Source: an uncultured Nitrososphaerota archaeon
GTDB lineage: Archaea > Asgardarchaeota > Njordarchaeia > Njordarchaeales > Panguiarchaeaceae
DNA length: 64,000 nucleotides
Assembly (NCBI GenBank): GCA_964636085.1
Contig: CAZWPQ010000002.1
Location: 1 to 64,000 of the forward strand
Direction of reading: 5' to 3'
The notes under the pieces were generated by a model that was not told where the DNA came from, ran no database searches, and worked only from the letters and a program-made list of their open reading frames with translations. The position numbers were made by a program, and so were the translations under genes. This document shows positions 26,949-38,100 of the stretch, in pieces; position 1 is the stretch's first letter; each line of letters begins with the position of its first letter.

Positions 26949-28160
26949 CTAATGTGGTTTCCAAGAACTTATCTTTCTTAACCTTTTTATGGCCTTGGGG
27001 ATCTGTTCTAAGGCATAGTCTATATCCTCTATTTTGTGGTATCTACATACCTTAAATAGGATACTTCCATGTGCCTCTTCATGTTTTCTACCAATAGCCA
27101 TTAGGACGTGGCTTGGTTGAAGATATCTGCTGGCACAGGCAGATCCGCTGGATGCATATATTCCTCTTAGGCTTAGTTCTACTGTTATTGCTTCTCCCTC
27201 CGCATACAAGAAGCTTATGTTGACGTTGTCTATGACTCTCCTATCGCCTTTAGGACCATTTAGAATTGTATAATCCACGTTTTCGAATATTCCATTCATA
27301 AGTTTGTCTCTCAAGGATCTTACATATGATACATTAGAGTCGAAACTATTGAATGCTAACTCTACTGCTTTTTTGAATCCCGCTATGATCGGTATGTTCT
27401 CGACACTGGGCCAATATTTTTCCGAGCTAATTTGTCCTCTTATTATTGGAACAATGTTTATTCCCTCTCTAACATAGAGAACCCCAATGCCTCTCGGTCC
27501 ATGTATTTTATGACTACTTAATGTCAACATGTCCACACCCAATTTCTTGACGTCTATTCTCATCCTACCGTAGGCATCTACAGCGTCAGTATGGAATACA
27601 ACATCTGGATTTTTATCTTTTGCAATATCAACAAGCTCTCTAATATTTTGTATTGTACCTATCTCATGGTTAACAAGCTGAATGGATACGAACTTGACAT
27701 CCTTATCCATATATGCCCCAAAAACTTCTGGATCTATAAATCCCTCCTCGTCCACTGGTACATATTTTACATTAATTCCCATTGCCTTTTCTAGATAATT
27801 CATCACAAAAAGCACACTTCCATGTTCGATTATGGAAGTGAGAAATTTGTCCTTCTTGTGGGATAGTGCAAACCCCATGATTGCGAGGTTATTTGCTTCA
27901 GTCCCACTATTTGTAAAAATAATCTCATCAGGAGAACTTGCACCTATAGTAGACGCGATGAGGTTCTTAGTACTATAGATGACCTCGTAGGCCTCCCATC
28001 CAGGTTTATGGGTAATTGCAGGATTGCCATAGCCGATTGTATTAAAATAAGGTAGCATAGCCTCAACTACTTCATCTGGCACAAAACCATTATTCTCTAG
28101 ATCAAAATATACCTCCTTTTTGGGCTTGCCATGAACCTTCAGAAGCTCTCTAATCGACAT
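26949..28160 (-). CDS. iscS: Cysteine desulfurase, class I (IscS/NifS-like), divergent
   Basis: YGNP, FTNSGTEANN, IEHGSV, NHEIGTIQ, FHTDAV, SSHKIHGPRGIG (PLP Lys), SSGSACAS (catalytic Cys), PSHVL. Confidence 0.85.
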   Translation of the reverse strand: MSIRELLKVHGKPKKEVYFDLENNGFVPDEVVEAMLPYFNTIGYGNPAITHKPGWEAYEVIYSTKNLIASTIGASSPDEIIFTNSGTEANNLAIMGFALSHKKDKFLTSIIEHGSVLFVMNYLEKAMGINVKYVPVDEEGFIDPEVFGAYMDKDVKFVSIQLVNHEIGTIQNIRELVDIAKDKNPDVVFHTDAVDAYGRMRIDVKKLGVDMLTLSSHKIHGPRGIGVLYVREGINIVPIIRGQISSEKYWPSVENIPIIAGFKKAVELAFNSFDSNVSYVRSLRDKLMNGIFENVDYTILNGPKGDRRVIDNVNISFLYAEGEAITVELSLRGIYASSGSACASRYLQPSHVLMAIGRKHEEAHGSILFKVCRYHKIEDIDYALEQIPKAIKRLRKISSWKPH

Positions 28161-28174
28161 TGCCCCGACCAGTT

Positions 28175-28405
28175 CTATTTAACCTTGATACAACGAATAA
28201 TATAGACCCCATTCTTCGAAACTTTGTCCTCTATTCTCAAGTTTTTCTTTCTAATTATAATCATAATGGCGTCCTCAGGTATTTCGTTGGGGTCAAAAAT
28301 GATCTCCACTTTTTCTCCCGCGCCTACTTCCCTAAGTTTTCTATTCAGACGAATTATTGGGTGGCTCACACATCCAGGCTCCCTCCTAGTCAGATCTATC
28401 CTCAT
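28175..28405 (-). CDS. TusA/SirA-like sulfur carrier protein
   Basis: 76 aa; IDL....GC..HP.I.L...L..VG.GE.VEI..D...Y.I.. pattern of the TusA fold with a variant Cys motif; lies between iscU and iscS. Confidence 0.65.
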   Translation of the reverse strand: MRIDLTRREPGCVSHPIIRLNRKLREVGAGEKVEIIFDPNEIPEDAIMIIIRKKNLRIEDKVSKNGVYIIRCIKVK

Positions 28406-28910
28406 TTTTAGCCACCCCCATAAATATTCTTAGCCTTTCCATCGCTCCCTCCTCATTCAACACATGCTTCTCAACGTTTGTAAGTTCCTCAGGAAGCCAA
28501 TCGGGTTTCCTGCCGATCTTCTCAAAATAGGCCCTAATTCCCCTTCTCAATGCACCAACGGCAAGAATAGAGCAATGATACTTTATGGCTGGAAGCCCAC
28601 CAATCTCATCAGAAACATCCTTCCAAGAAACATTCCAAGCAAATCTTAACGACTTACCCTTAATCATCTCGGTCAATATGGATGTCGCAGCAATGTTGGC
28701 CGCACAGCCATAGCTCTCAAACTTTGCGTCAGAGATAAAATACTCATCATTTACCTTCCTAATCTTCAGATAAATCGTTATCATGTCCCCACATGCCGGA
28801 GAACCAGCTCTAGAAACAATATCGGCATCTTTCATCTCCCCAAAATTCTTCGGGTTCCTAAACAACTCTAGGATCTTTGGAGAATATGGCAACGGAGTCC
28901 TACTAGACAA
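28386..28910 (-). CDS. iscU: Fe-S cluster scaffold IscU/NifU-N (MisU-like) with C-terminal extension
   Basis: YSPKILELFRNPKNFG, GSPACGD, YGCAAN, GGLPAIKYHCS (three Cys). Start refined to TTG 28910 after GGGTG. Confidence 0.9.
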   Translation of the reverse strand: MSSRTPLPYSPKILELFRNPKNFGEMKDADIVSRAGSPACGDMITIYLKIRKVNDEYFISDAKFESYGCAANIAATSILTEMIKGKSLRFAWNVSWKDVSDEIGGLPAIKYHCSILAVGALRRGIRAYFEKIGRKPDWLPEELTNVEKHVLNEEGAMERLRIFMGVAKNEDRSD

Positions 28911-29120
28911 AGCATGGCACCCATACAAGCAATAAAGGCGTATCCTCATAATAAATAATAATCCATAGCGGTTTAATACTATATCTATATAAAAGGAAAG
29001 GATGACCAAAAGAATGTGTATCTCGAACCAAATTACACCGTCTTCAAAAATAGAGACCCATCAATTCTCCCCCTAGGGACACCAATAATGACTTTTTCTA
29101 TGTATATCCCCGTACTGCGC

Positions 29121-29660
29121 TTAACTGTATTTTTTCCATTGACTTTTCTCATCAGTGTGAGGCATACCAAGGGCACAATCTTTTTTAGGAAATCGCCTGG
29201 GAAAAAGCGTTTTTCCGACTTGTTGTAGTACTTGTCTATACCATATAATTAGCTGTAATATCTTCCTCTGGAGTTTTATGCTTTCATCCATCATTTTTAT
29301 CGCATCTTTTAGATTCACATCTTTAAGTCTATCTATTAGACCCAGCACATCGGTTACCCTTTTTTACCTCATAGATTTTCTCTGAAAGTATGTCTGGCGG
29401 CATCTGTAGCTCGTAAAATCCCTTTATATGAAGACAATAATCAAAGCTATAATATTTTTTCCACAAAGTCCTTTTTCCCCGAACTTTTCTTAGCGTTCTT
29501 ATAAAAAATGCTACTCCAAATTCTATGCCCCTAGCCTTCTGTTCAGAAACTCCCATAGCAATTAGTGATGCTTTTCCAGCATTTCAATAGCGCGCCATGC
29601 CTTTCTCAGCAGCATCAAATATTTTTCCTTTTCTAATAATCTTAGGGGGTCCTCATATAT
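29121..29660 (-). pseudogene. Frameshifted PaREP1-family (HEPN-like) gene remnant
   Basis: Joining frames gives KGKIFDAAEK/AWRAIE/..KASLIAMG...DYCLHIKGFYE. DAAEKAW (29581-29616) and LHxxGFYE (~29409-29432) match PaREP1 motifs; multiple frameshifts. Confidence 0.6.
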
Positions 29661-30420
29661 TTGTGGTGTTTGTGATATAAATAATTAATATTTGCTTTCT
29701 ATATATACCTGAAATACAATTCATCTGACTGTTTCCCCCAGAATATACCCTAAATTCTCCCCTGGAAAAATTTCGCCAGAAGAGTCTTTCCAGCTGTGAA
29801 CAGCACGGCATACTTTCTCTTTTCACACCGCGACCCTTGGTTCTGCTTAAGGAAATAGCAGATGTTTTCTCTGGGACGGCCACAAGGTATCCATTGATGG
29901 TAAGCCTAAGCTCGAGGAGACTAGGGTTTGGTTCGTTGTTCTTTTTGGCGATAGTAAGTACTTCTCTGAGGGGTTATCTTGGTGCTTTTGCTTGGAGATA
30001 CATACTGGTGATTGGGCCTCGTAGGGATATGCCGTATGCCGCGAGGCCGAGGCCGTTTATTGTGGCGTATACTGTATTTTCTGGCGCTATTTGTGGTGGA
30101 TCTATAGGCTTCGTGTTGTTGTTGAGTGCGTCTTTGCCTATCTTTCTAAGTGTGGTAAGTTGTTGTCTAGGTCTGTTTCTTCGGCTTGTCGTGAGGTTCT
30201 ATCTTCTGTTCTTGCTAAGAATATTGCTACTCGTGTTTCGCTTGGTGTTTAGGTGAGACCATTGTCGTGCCTTTATGGGTTGTCTTGTTATTTCGAAAGT
30301 TTGCCAGTCCACATGTCGGTGGGCTGTGTCCTAGCTCATTAAAGGGCAAAAGAGACAAAATGTATTCTCTGTAGTCAGATGAAAATATTGAAAATGCTCA
30401 GCCTATCCATAACCTAGGAC
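29660..30420 (-). pseudogene. Degraded unidentified gene remnant(s)
   Basis: Protein-like fragments in shifting minus-strand frames (TRVAIFLARTEDR...; LRKIGKDAL...ENTVYATINGLGLAAYGISLRGP) with internal stops; strongly A/C-rich strand; GGAGGAGGTGA RBS-like sequence near 30436-30446. Confidence 0.4.
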
Positions 30421-30534
30421 TCGGGTGATCCCCTTTCACCTCCTCCTAAGATTATATTTACTCTATATATATGCAATCTGGAGGGTTTCTTTTTTGTTAG
30501 AGATAAGATTGTATCTTGTGTCATTATATTGTTG

Positions 30535-30566
30535 TATGATTAACTTTTTATATGATTAATCATATA
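30535..30566 (+). promoter_or_regulatory. vapBC promoter with perfect 18-bp operator palindrome overlapping the TATA box
   Basis: TATATGATTAATCATATA at 30549-30566 overlaps TTTTATAT (30546-53); extra half-site TATGATTAA at 30535-43; AGGTGA RBS follows. Confidence 0.75.
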
Positions 30567-30586
30567 GTAATTTTAGGTGATGAATT

Positions 30587-30835
30587 ATGTCGAAAAGGAC
30601 AGCGGTGATTCTTGATGATGATGTTTACGAGATTCTAGTAAGAGAGAGTTTGCGTAGGTTTGGGAATACTAGATCTATCTCCAAGGTTCTTAACGATCTT
30701 ATTAGAGAAGCCATAAAACTGAGGGGGTTACTGAGCGTCCTCGAGCTTACTAGAAGGAAGAAGTATGCTTCGATATCCGAGGCGGAGTTCGAGAAATTTA
30801 GAAAAAACCTATCGAGGAGTTTCGAAGATAGGTGA
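30587..30835 (+). CDS. vapB: VapB-type antitoxin (RHH/CopG-like)
   Basis: MSKRTAVILDDDVYEILVRES...SISKVLNDLIRE ribbon-helix-helix pattern; GTGA overlap with the PIN gene. Confidence 0.8.
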   Translation: MSKRTAVILDDDVYEILVRESLRRFGNTRSISKVLNDLIREAIKLRGLLSVLELTRRKKYASISEAEFEKFRKNLSRSFEDR

Positions 30836-31320
30836 AGCATGTGATCGTGCTTGATACAACATATTTTCTGCCTATAGTGGGTATTGGAGTGAAACATGAC
30901 TTTTTTTCAGCTCTAGAAAGAAACGAGATTTTTGTTGACCCGAGAGAGATATATTTGAGTGAAATAACGCTTTTTGAGATTCAGGCGAAAGCTGCGAAGC
31001 TTGGTGTGCCACCTAGGAGAGTTGCCGAAGGCATAGAAGCTATAAAGGAAGCATTCAACGTTATTCCATTTTATGAACCAGAAATAATAAGGATATCATT
31101 CAAATTGAGGAGAATATTCCCCGACTACATAGACTGCATAATACTGGCAACAGCAATTAGTAGGAAATATACCCTACTGACGGAGGATAGTGATATACAC
31201 TCCAACAAACAGGCAATACTCATCGAGATCTCCGACAAAAAAGTAGATATTTTAAATCTGACAAAACTAAAAGAGATGTTTAATAATAGGTTGCCAGATG
31301 GAAAATTTAATTTTTTGTAG
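30832..31320 (+). CDS. vapC: VapC PIN-domain toxin
   Basis: VLDTTYFLP, SEITLFE, DYIDCIILATA, LLTEDSDI acidic PIN motifs. Confidence 0.88.
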   Translation: MKHVIVLDTTYFLPIVGIGVKHDFFSALERNEIFVDPREIYLSEITLFEIQAKAAKLGVPPRRVAEGIEAIKEAFNVIPFYEPEIIRISFKLRRIFPDYIDCIILATAISRKYTLLTEDSDIHSNKQAILIEISDKKVDILNLTKLKEMFNNRLPDGKFNFL

Positions 31321-32102
31321 AGGCTGTTTCTGTCTTTTCTGGGCCTTGATGTTCTCTATTATGTCTGTCCCTATACACATAGGGCCCTATATCGTAAAGT
31401 TCCGACATCTTTTATGTTCCTAGAAACAACATTGATAGATACTTTTAAGCCTCTTAGATATATTAGAAACAGTTTGGAATTTCTACGCTTCTTGATAAAG
31501 CATGGATGTAAATGAAATGCCCAAGTGCTTAATATTAATGCCCCCCTACATTATGAAGCCTAGAAAGTCATAGGACACATATAGGGTAACTATAATTGTC
31601 TTTTGACACTATTGTTTATAGGTAAATAAGCTGCATGCAATATGGCAACAAATATTGATGGTTTTTAGTCCTTTCCCATGTGAAGACATTCACACGAAAC
31701 CTCAGGTGGAAAGCATTTCAGATACCCGACATAAGGTTCATTATGGAGGGTTAGGTTAGATAGGGACACTATCTTCTATACGTCAATTTTAATCACACTA
31801 TGTTTAGTATGCGTTATTACTATTCGCTTGTTGTGTCTTTCGTTGAATGAGATAGTTGATGGTCTTAGCAGAACAAATATTATCGAAGCCCGGATTGAAA
31901 CAGGACAATCTCCATAAAAGACCAAATTTTCTGCATGATACCAAAAATAAATTTCCTGTTAGAAACAATACCAGAGAGATATAGTTGCATCTAAAAAACT
32001 GTAGCGGCTTTGTACTTTGTAGGGTCTATATAAAAATACGATCGGTCAGGATTTTTATATATTATTTTCCAATTTATTATTTATGGTACTCTCGCTTATA
32101 GA

Positions 32103-35100
32103 TTGGGTGAGGGGGCCTTGTCGAAAATTTTGCGTGGTTTATCAATCATATTCCTAATAGTGGCGGCATCAATACCTCTGGCAAAACCCGCCAAAAGCTC
32201 TGACAAAGCTAGGATAGTGTTTATAAAGAATAATGGTGGACTCTCAGAATTCCTATATCAATTCTTCAGATCTAGGGGGGTTCCAGTTGTTCTTGTTGGA
32301 GATAATGGAAGACCTACAAAATCATCCATAATAGACGATACCGTAAAGTCTAGGCTGACTAGGGATGACATATGGGATCTAATAAGGATAGCTAGGGGAG
32401 AGGAAATACCCTCGGTTGAATATCAGGAGCTTAGAACAAAGACCGGACTAGATATAGATCCAGTTTCCGCTGGGCTCATATTAAAATCACTAGATACTAC
32501 AATTGATAGAGATCCAGAAGTAATATTCTTAGGCAAGTATAATATGTACATTAATTTAAGAAACTCATATGCAGCAATGGAGCACTGGCTAGTAAACCTA
32601 GAGAACTACGACTCCGACCACGACAAAATAGCAGATAAATTGGAGGAAATTATCGCTATAGGCACAGAAAAGATAGTGATTCCTGGAAGAAAAGTGATGC
32701 TCGACCTAGGAGACATGATCGTCCCTATTGATGAGATAGGCCCAAAGACAATAGAGATAAGATACAGCAGAGATGACCTCATATTTGTGGATGTTGCAGC
32801 GGCAGACCGAAGATTAGAGGAAGCTATTGCCTATTTCAAAAGTATGGGGGGCACCATAGAAACTGTATATAGGGAAATATGTGCATTCAGCGGATATATA
32901 GAACTCTACAAAGTTCCATTGCTCTCCAGATCACCACTAATAGGGTTCATCGAGCAACATAACGAATATTTCTATCCAATGACTTCCTGGACGGTACTTC
33001 AAATGAGAATAGGAACGCTAAGCACAAAACTAGTACCACCAAATTCATATCCAATGAATAATGAGACTCCTTGGGGCAGAGGCATATTCGGGGATCCCTC
33101 CATAGCTATAGCGATAGTTGACACAGGAATAGATGATACTCACCCTCTCACTAACAAGGTCATATATTGGTATGACTACTCAGGGGACGATGCCACAAGT
33201 CCCGAAGACTATCATGGGCACGGTACCCACTGTGCGAGTATAGCTGCAGGAAACATATGGACCGGCGACTATGTGGAGTGGGGGATAATTGCCAGAAATA
33301 GAACCGATAGTTTTGGTGCCTCGGGCAACTATTATTTGTATATAGACTCGCCGGGATGGTACGGGGTCGCGGCACTTTATTATACATCGTCAGGAACGGC
33401 TGACATATCGTTTGAGGTATACGACCCCAATCATGTTCTTCTAAACACTAGCAGGCAAGTATATGCGTCGTTTTGGGGCACCGTCGAGATAGAGCAGGCA
33501 GTGTTTAATGCCTCCCTGCCAGGTACCTATAATGTATCAGTGACGAACCTTGGAACTACAGGGGGCACTCTGATCGTAACATGGGAAAAACAGTTCCCTT
33601 ATGGTTCATATGGTTCCCAACCTGGAAGACATGCTGGAGTCGCCCCCGAGGTTAAGTTGGTTGGCCTGAAAATATTTGACAGGTCTGGATGGTTTGGCGA
33701 CTATAATTTTGACTCGATAAGATGGCTGATACAGAACGCTAGTGACTATAATATTACTGTTTCCTCGAATTCATGGGGTGGAGGAGATGATGCCACTCTT
33801 AATGAACTCATGAACCAACTGGTGATGAGTGGGGTTGTTACCGTAGTAGCTGCGGGGAATGATGGTGCTGGAGGAAACATCGGATCTCCCGGATCCGCCG
33901 ACTTAGTAATAACTGTTGCCGCGATGAACGACATAAATGAAATCTCAGAGTATAGTACCTCTGGAGACACGACAACTGGGAATACAATAAAGCCAGATGT
34001 ATCTGCGAATGGTGGTACTGGGTATTATAATGGAGACTATATAGATAAGGAGGACTCAGATCTTGATGGTAGCTCTGGAGCTGTTGCAGCTGCGGATTCT
34101 AATGATGCCGATAATGCCCCATCGGGAGGAGGATTGTTGGGGGATGCAATAACCACACTGGATAATTTCTGGGATATTCAGGGAACATCGATGGCAACTC
34201 CACACGTGAGTGGGCTCGCAGCTCTCGTTGTTAGTGCTTTGGGAGGAGCTAGTAGTTGGGTTTGGGATGGAGAACATGCACTAAAGGTAAAGATGTTGAT
34301 CTTGATGACATCTGTGGAGTTTACTAGGGCAGAGACCGGCCAGACCGTACCATCATTGGATAGGGGCGGAAAGGATAATGTGGAGGGATACGGTAGGGTT
34401 AATGGTGATGCGGCAGTCATGGCTGTTTTAAATGAGCTATTCCCTAATAGGACATATAGATATACCTTGGGTTCAAATAATTCAACCGCAATAGCGCAGG
34501 GCATAGCTCCCAGGGTATGGGCGGGCAAAATATACCTAGAGGCAGGATCTAGGTATAGGTTCAATCTGACTGTCCCAAGTGGGGCGGACTTTGACCTATA
34601 TATCTACTATGGAGAGCCAGATGAGTATGGTCAACCAGTCATAGCTGGCAAATCTACTAGTGATTCTATAGGAGGAAACGAAGTGGTCGATATTATAGCA
34701 ACGAAATCTGGATACTACTATGTTGTTGTAAAGTGGGTGGATCGCTCTGCAACAACACCATCCATCCCGGATGAGCAAAATTATGGTGAGTTTACTCTTC
34801 ATATCGATATATTGGACAGAGGCATACCGATCGTGGAGATTATTGAGCCAGAAGAAGGAGATATTATTGAAGGTGTAACTAGGATCTATGTTAATGCAAC
34901 TGATGTGGATGGGACAATAACATATGTCTATCTGAACATAAGTAATTCTACGTGGGGAACTGTTGTTGATATAACATCGAACTATGATGCGTCCCGGGGC
35001 CTATATTACTATGATTGGGACACTAGTACTGTTGCCGATGGATACTATATGATATTTGCTGGTGCTAGAGATAATGAGTCAAAAACAAATAATGATACAA

Positions 35101-38100
35101 TACAGGTACATGTATGGAACAATATCCCGCCAATACTTCTAGTTGATGACGACAAGGGTGATTCTTATGAGACATATTATGAGCAAGCACTCCAAGACCT
35201 TGGGTATCAGAGAGATATTGATTACATCTATTGGGATGTATCGGTGAATGGTACACCCACAAAGTATTTACTTGATAGAGTCGTAATAGTCATATGGTTT
35301 ACTGGTGATGATTTCACCACTACACTTACAACAGAGGAAAGGGATGTGTTAGAATATTATCTATCTAGGTGTGGGCAATTATTCATATCTGGCCAAGATA
35401 TAGGTTTTGATATTGGGGATACAACTTGGTATAGTACATGGCTAAAAGCTAATTATGAACGTGATGATACGAATATTGATTATGTTAGGGGTGTCTCGGG
35501 GACTCTATTTGGTGGAGCCATATACAACCTATCTGGCACAGATAGTGCGAACAATAATGACTTTCCTGACGAAATATCTCCAACTGGTGGCTCAACACAA
35601 ATACTCTATTATGATGATGACACAGGTATTGGGGCTGGAGTCATGTATGACGATGAGTACCGTCTTGTCTATATGTCCTTCCCATTCGAGGCTATTGATG
35701 GTTCAGTAAATAGATCCGACGCTATGCAGAGGGCCACGGACTGGATGAAGGCACCAATAGCTAAGATCTATGACTATAGTTTCTACATCGATAAATATAC
35801 CGAGAATGTATCTCTCGCTATTGCGGCTAGGGCATACCATTATATTCGGAATCTCGAGATACTTATTAATGGAACGGTGGTGTATTCGTTATCTCCGGGA
35901 AGGAGGACTTACATCAATAATATAACCATTGATACTAGCTCGTTTCCCTCTGGGACACTAAATATTACGCTGAGGATTGTAGATAATAACCTTGACGAGG
36001 TAACAGATACTATATTCATAAGTAGGGAACATTTATATCTTGATTTGGTGTTCCCAAATACGTACGATCCTGTATGGTCCACAACTAGGATCCTCGTTAA
36101 TGCATCAACATACTCTGGTGTTAATCTGACAACACTAAATGTTACTATTAGCAATGAGACATGGAGCCAGATCATAGACATTTTATCTAATTATGACTCA
36201 CAAACGGGGTATTACTATTATGACTGGGATACTACGGGCGTCGCCGACGGATCCTATAATATATCTGTGTCAGCGATTACTGATGAGGGATCTTCAAAGA
36301 CGGATAATGTTTATAACATTGGCGTATGGAATGGGATAGTGCCTATATTGCTTGTGGATGATGATAACTGGCATGACTATGAGCAGTATTTCATGGAGGC
36401 CCTCGAAAATCTGAGCTATCATTTCAACAGGGATTATGCATATTGGAATACCACTAGGAGGGGTGCTCCGCCACAAGATTTCCTCGACAGGGTTCAGATA
36501 ATGATATGGGAATGTGGTCTTTCCGCACCTAATAGTGCTGAGAGAAATGCAATATCGGAGTTTCTATCGGATCTTGGCCAACTATTTATAAGTGGACAAG
36601 ACATAGGATACCTAATTGGAGATACTGATTGGTATAAAGATTGGCTAAGAGCTATATATGAGAGGGACGACACCAACATAAATAATGTGAGTGGGGTTGC
36701 TGGTACGATATTTGAGGGAGTAACATATCTACTCTCTGGATCAGATAGCGCCAATAATAATTTCTGGCCAGACGAGATAAGCCCAACAAATGGATCATTC
36801 CTAATGATGTACTATGGAAGGGATCCAAGCATAGGCGCAGCAATTGGTTATGATGGGTATTATCGTCTGGTCTATTTTGCATATCCATTCGAATCAATAA
36901 ATGGTAGTGAATACAGGGCCGATGCCCTTGATAGGATCCTCCAGTGGCTTAGGAAACCCATCGGTGCGATAGTTAGTCCAGAAAACATGACCATAACCAA
37001 TAACGACACGATAGATATAATTGTTCATGCAAAGGCAATTACTGGGCTTGACATTATAAGGATATATGTCAATGGCTCCTTAGTAGTATTTGATGATATA
37101 GATGGAGTTGAACTAATTAAGCATTATGATATTGATGTCTCCGGATATCCGGACTATACAACACTCAACATAACTCTTGTAACGAATAGTGTTACTGGAG
37201 ACATGGACACATTCATGATCTATATTATTAGGGACAAGGTGCCGCCGTATGCTGAGTTTCTATCGCCTGCTAATGGCTCCTATTTCAATGTGACGGATAT
37301 AACATTTGAGTGGAATGGTACTGACAACTTTGGAATGAATCATTATGAGATTAGAATCGATGGCGGTGCATGGATAGATGTCGATCTACAAAACGAATAT
37401 ACATTCGCTGGCCTAGATGAGGGTATCCATACGGTCGACTTAAAGGCTATAGATCTCGCAGGAAACCAATTCACAACATCCTTAACTGTCATTGTTGACC
37501 TAACACCACCAGTCCTAATAGATATATTCCCCGAGAATGATAGCTATGTCCAATCAAAGGTTGTTATTTCATGGAACTTTAGTGACAACTATGAGCTGGA
37601 TTGCTATAAGATTAGACTGGATGGTGGCGCATGGATTATGACAACATCCACAAGCCATGTATATGAATATCTTACAGAGGGAGAGCACAGTGTCTACATT
37701 AGGGCCTATGATAAGGCAGGTAATGTTAAACTAATTACTTTGAGGATAATTGCCGATACAACGGATCCATATATTGAAATAACATACCCTCCTGGGGGAA
37801 CATTCCTAAACACTAGTACGGTATATGTAGAGTGGTATATGAGTGACAACTTTGAGCTTGATCATTGTGAAATAAGGGTGGATGGTGGAGAATGGATTGA
37901 TGTGGGTCTGGCATCAAACTATACAATATCTGGCATGTCTGAGGGCACACATATAATAGATGTGAGAGTCTATGATTCAGCAGGGAACTACGGGGAGGAT
38001 ACAGTAGTGATTTCGATAGATCTAACACCCCCAATTATTGTTGCCGTATATCCAGACTATGAGTTCTACATAAATACTACATCAACAGTAATCTCATGGG

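Noticed and set aside
24654-28910. Selenocysteine recoding in the sulfur/Fe-S genes or the FTR gene
   Set aside because: All expected catalytic positions are ordinary Cys codons; no in-frame TGA interrupts a conserved domain.
29837-30256. 139-aa hydrophobic + strand ORF that looks like a membrane protein
   Set aside because: Its hydrophobicity follows from the G/T-rich complement of an A/C-rich minus-strand remnant; no RBS or family motif.
29660-30420. Transposase or Argonaute/PIWI identity for the degraded remnant
   Set aside because: Only a vague resemblance around TVYATING; no DDE or PIWI catalytic motifs, terminal inverted repeats or target duplications could be identified.
31321-32100. 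780-bp gap after vapC as a possible ncRNA or pseudogene
   Set aside because: No ORF of 60 aa or more, no convincing hairpin or recognisable protein motif.
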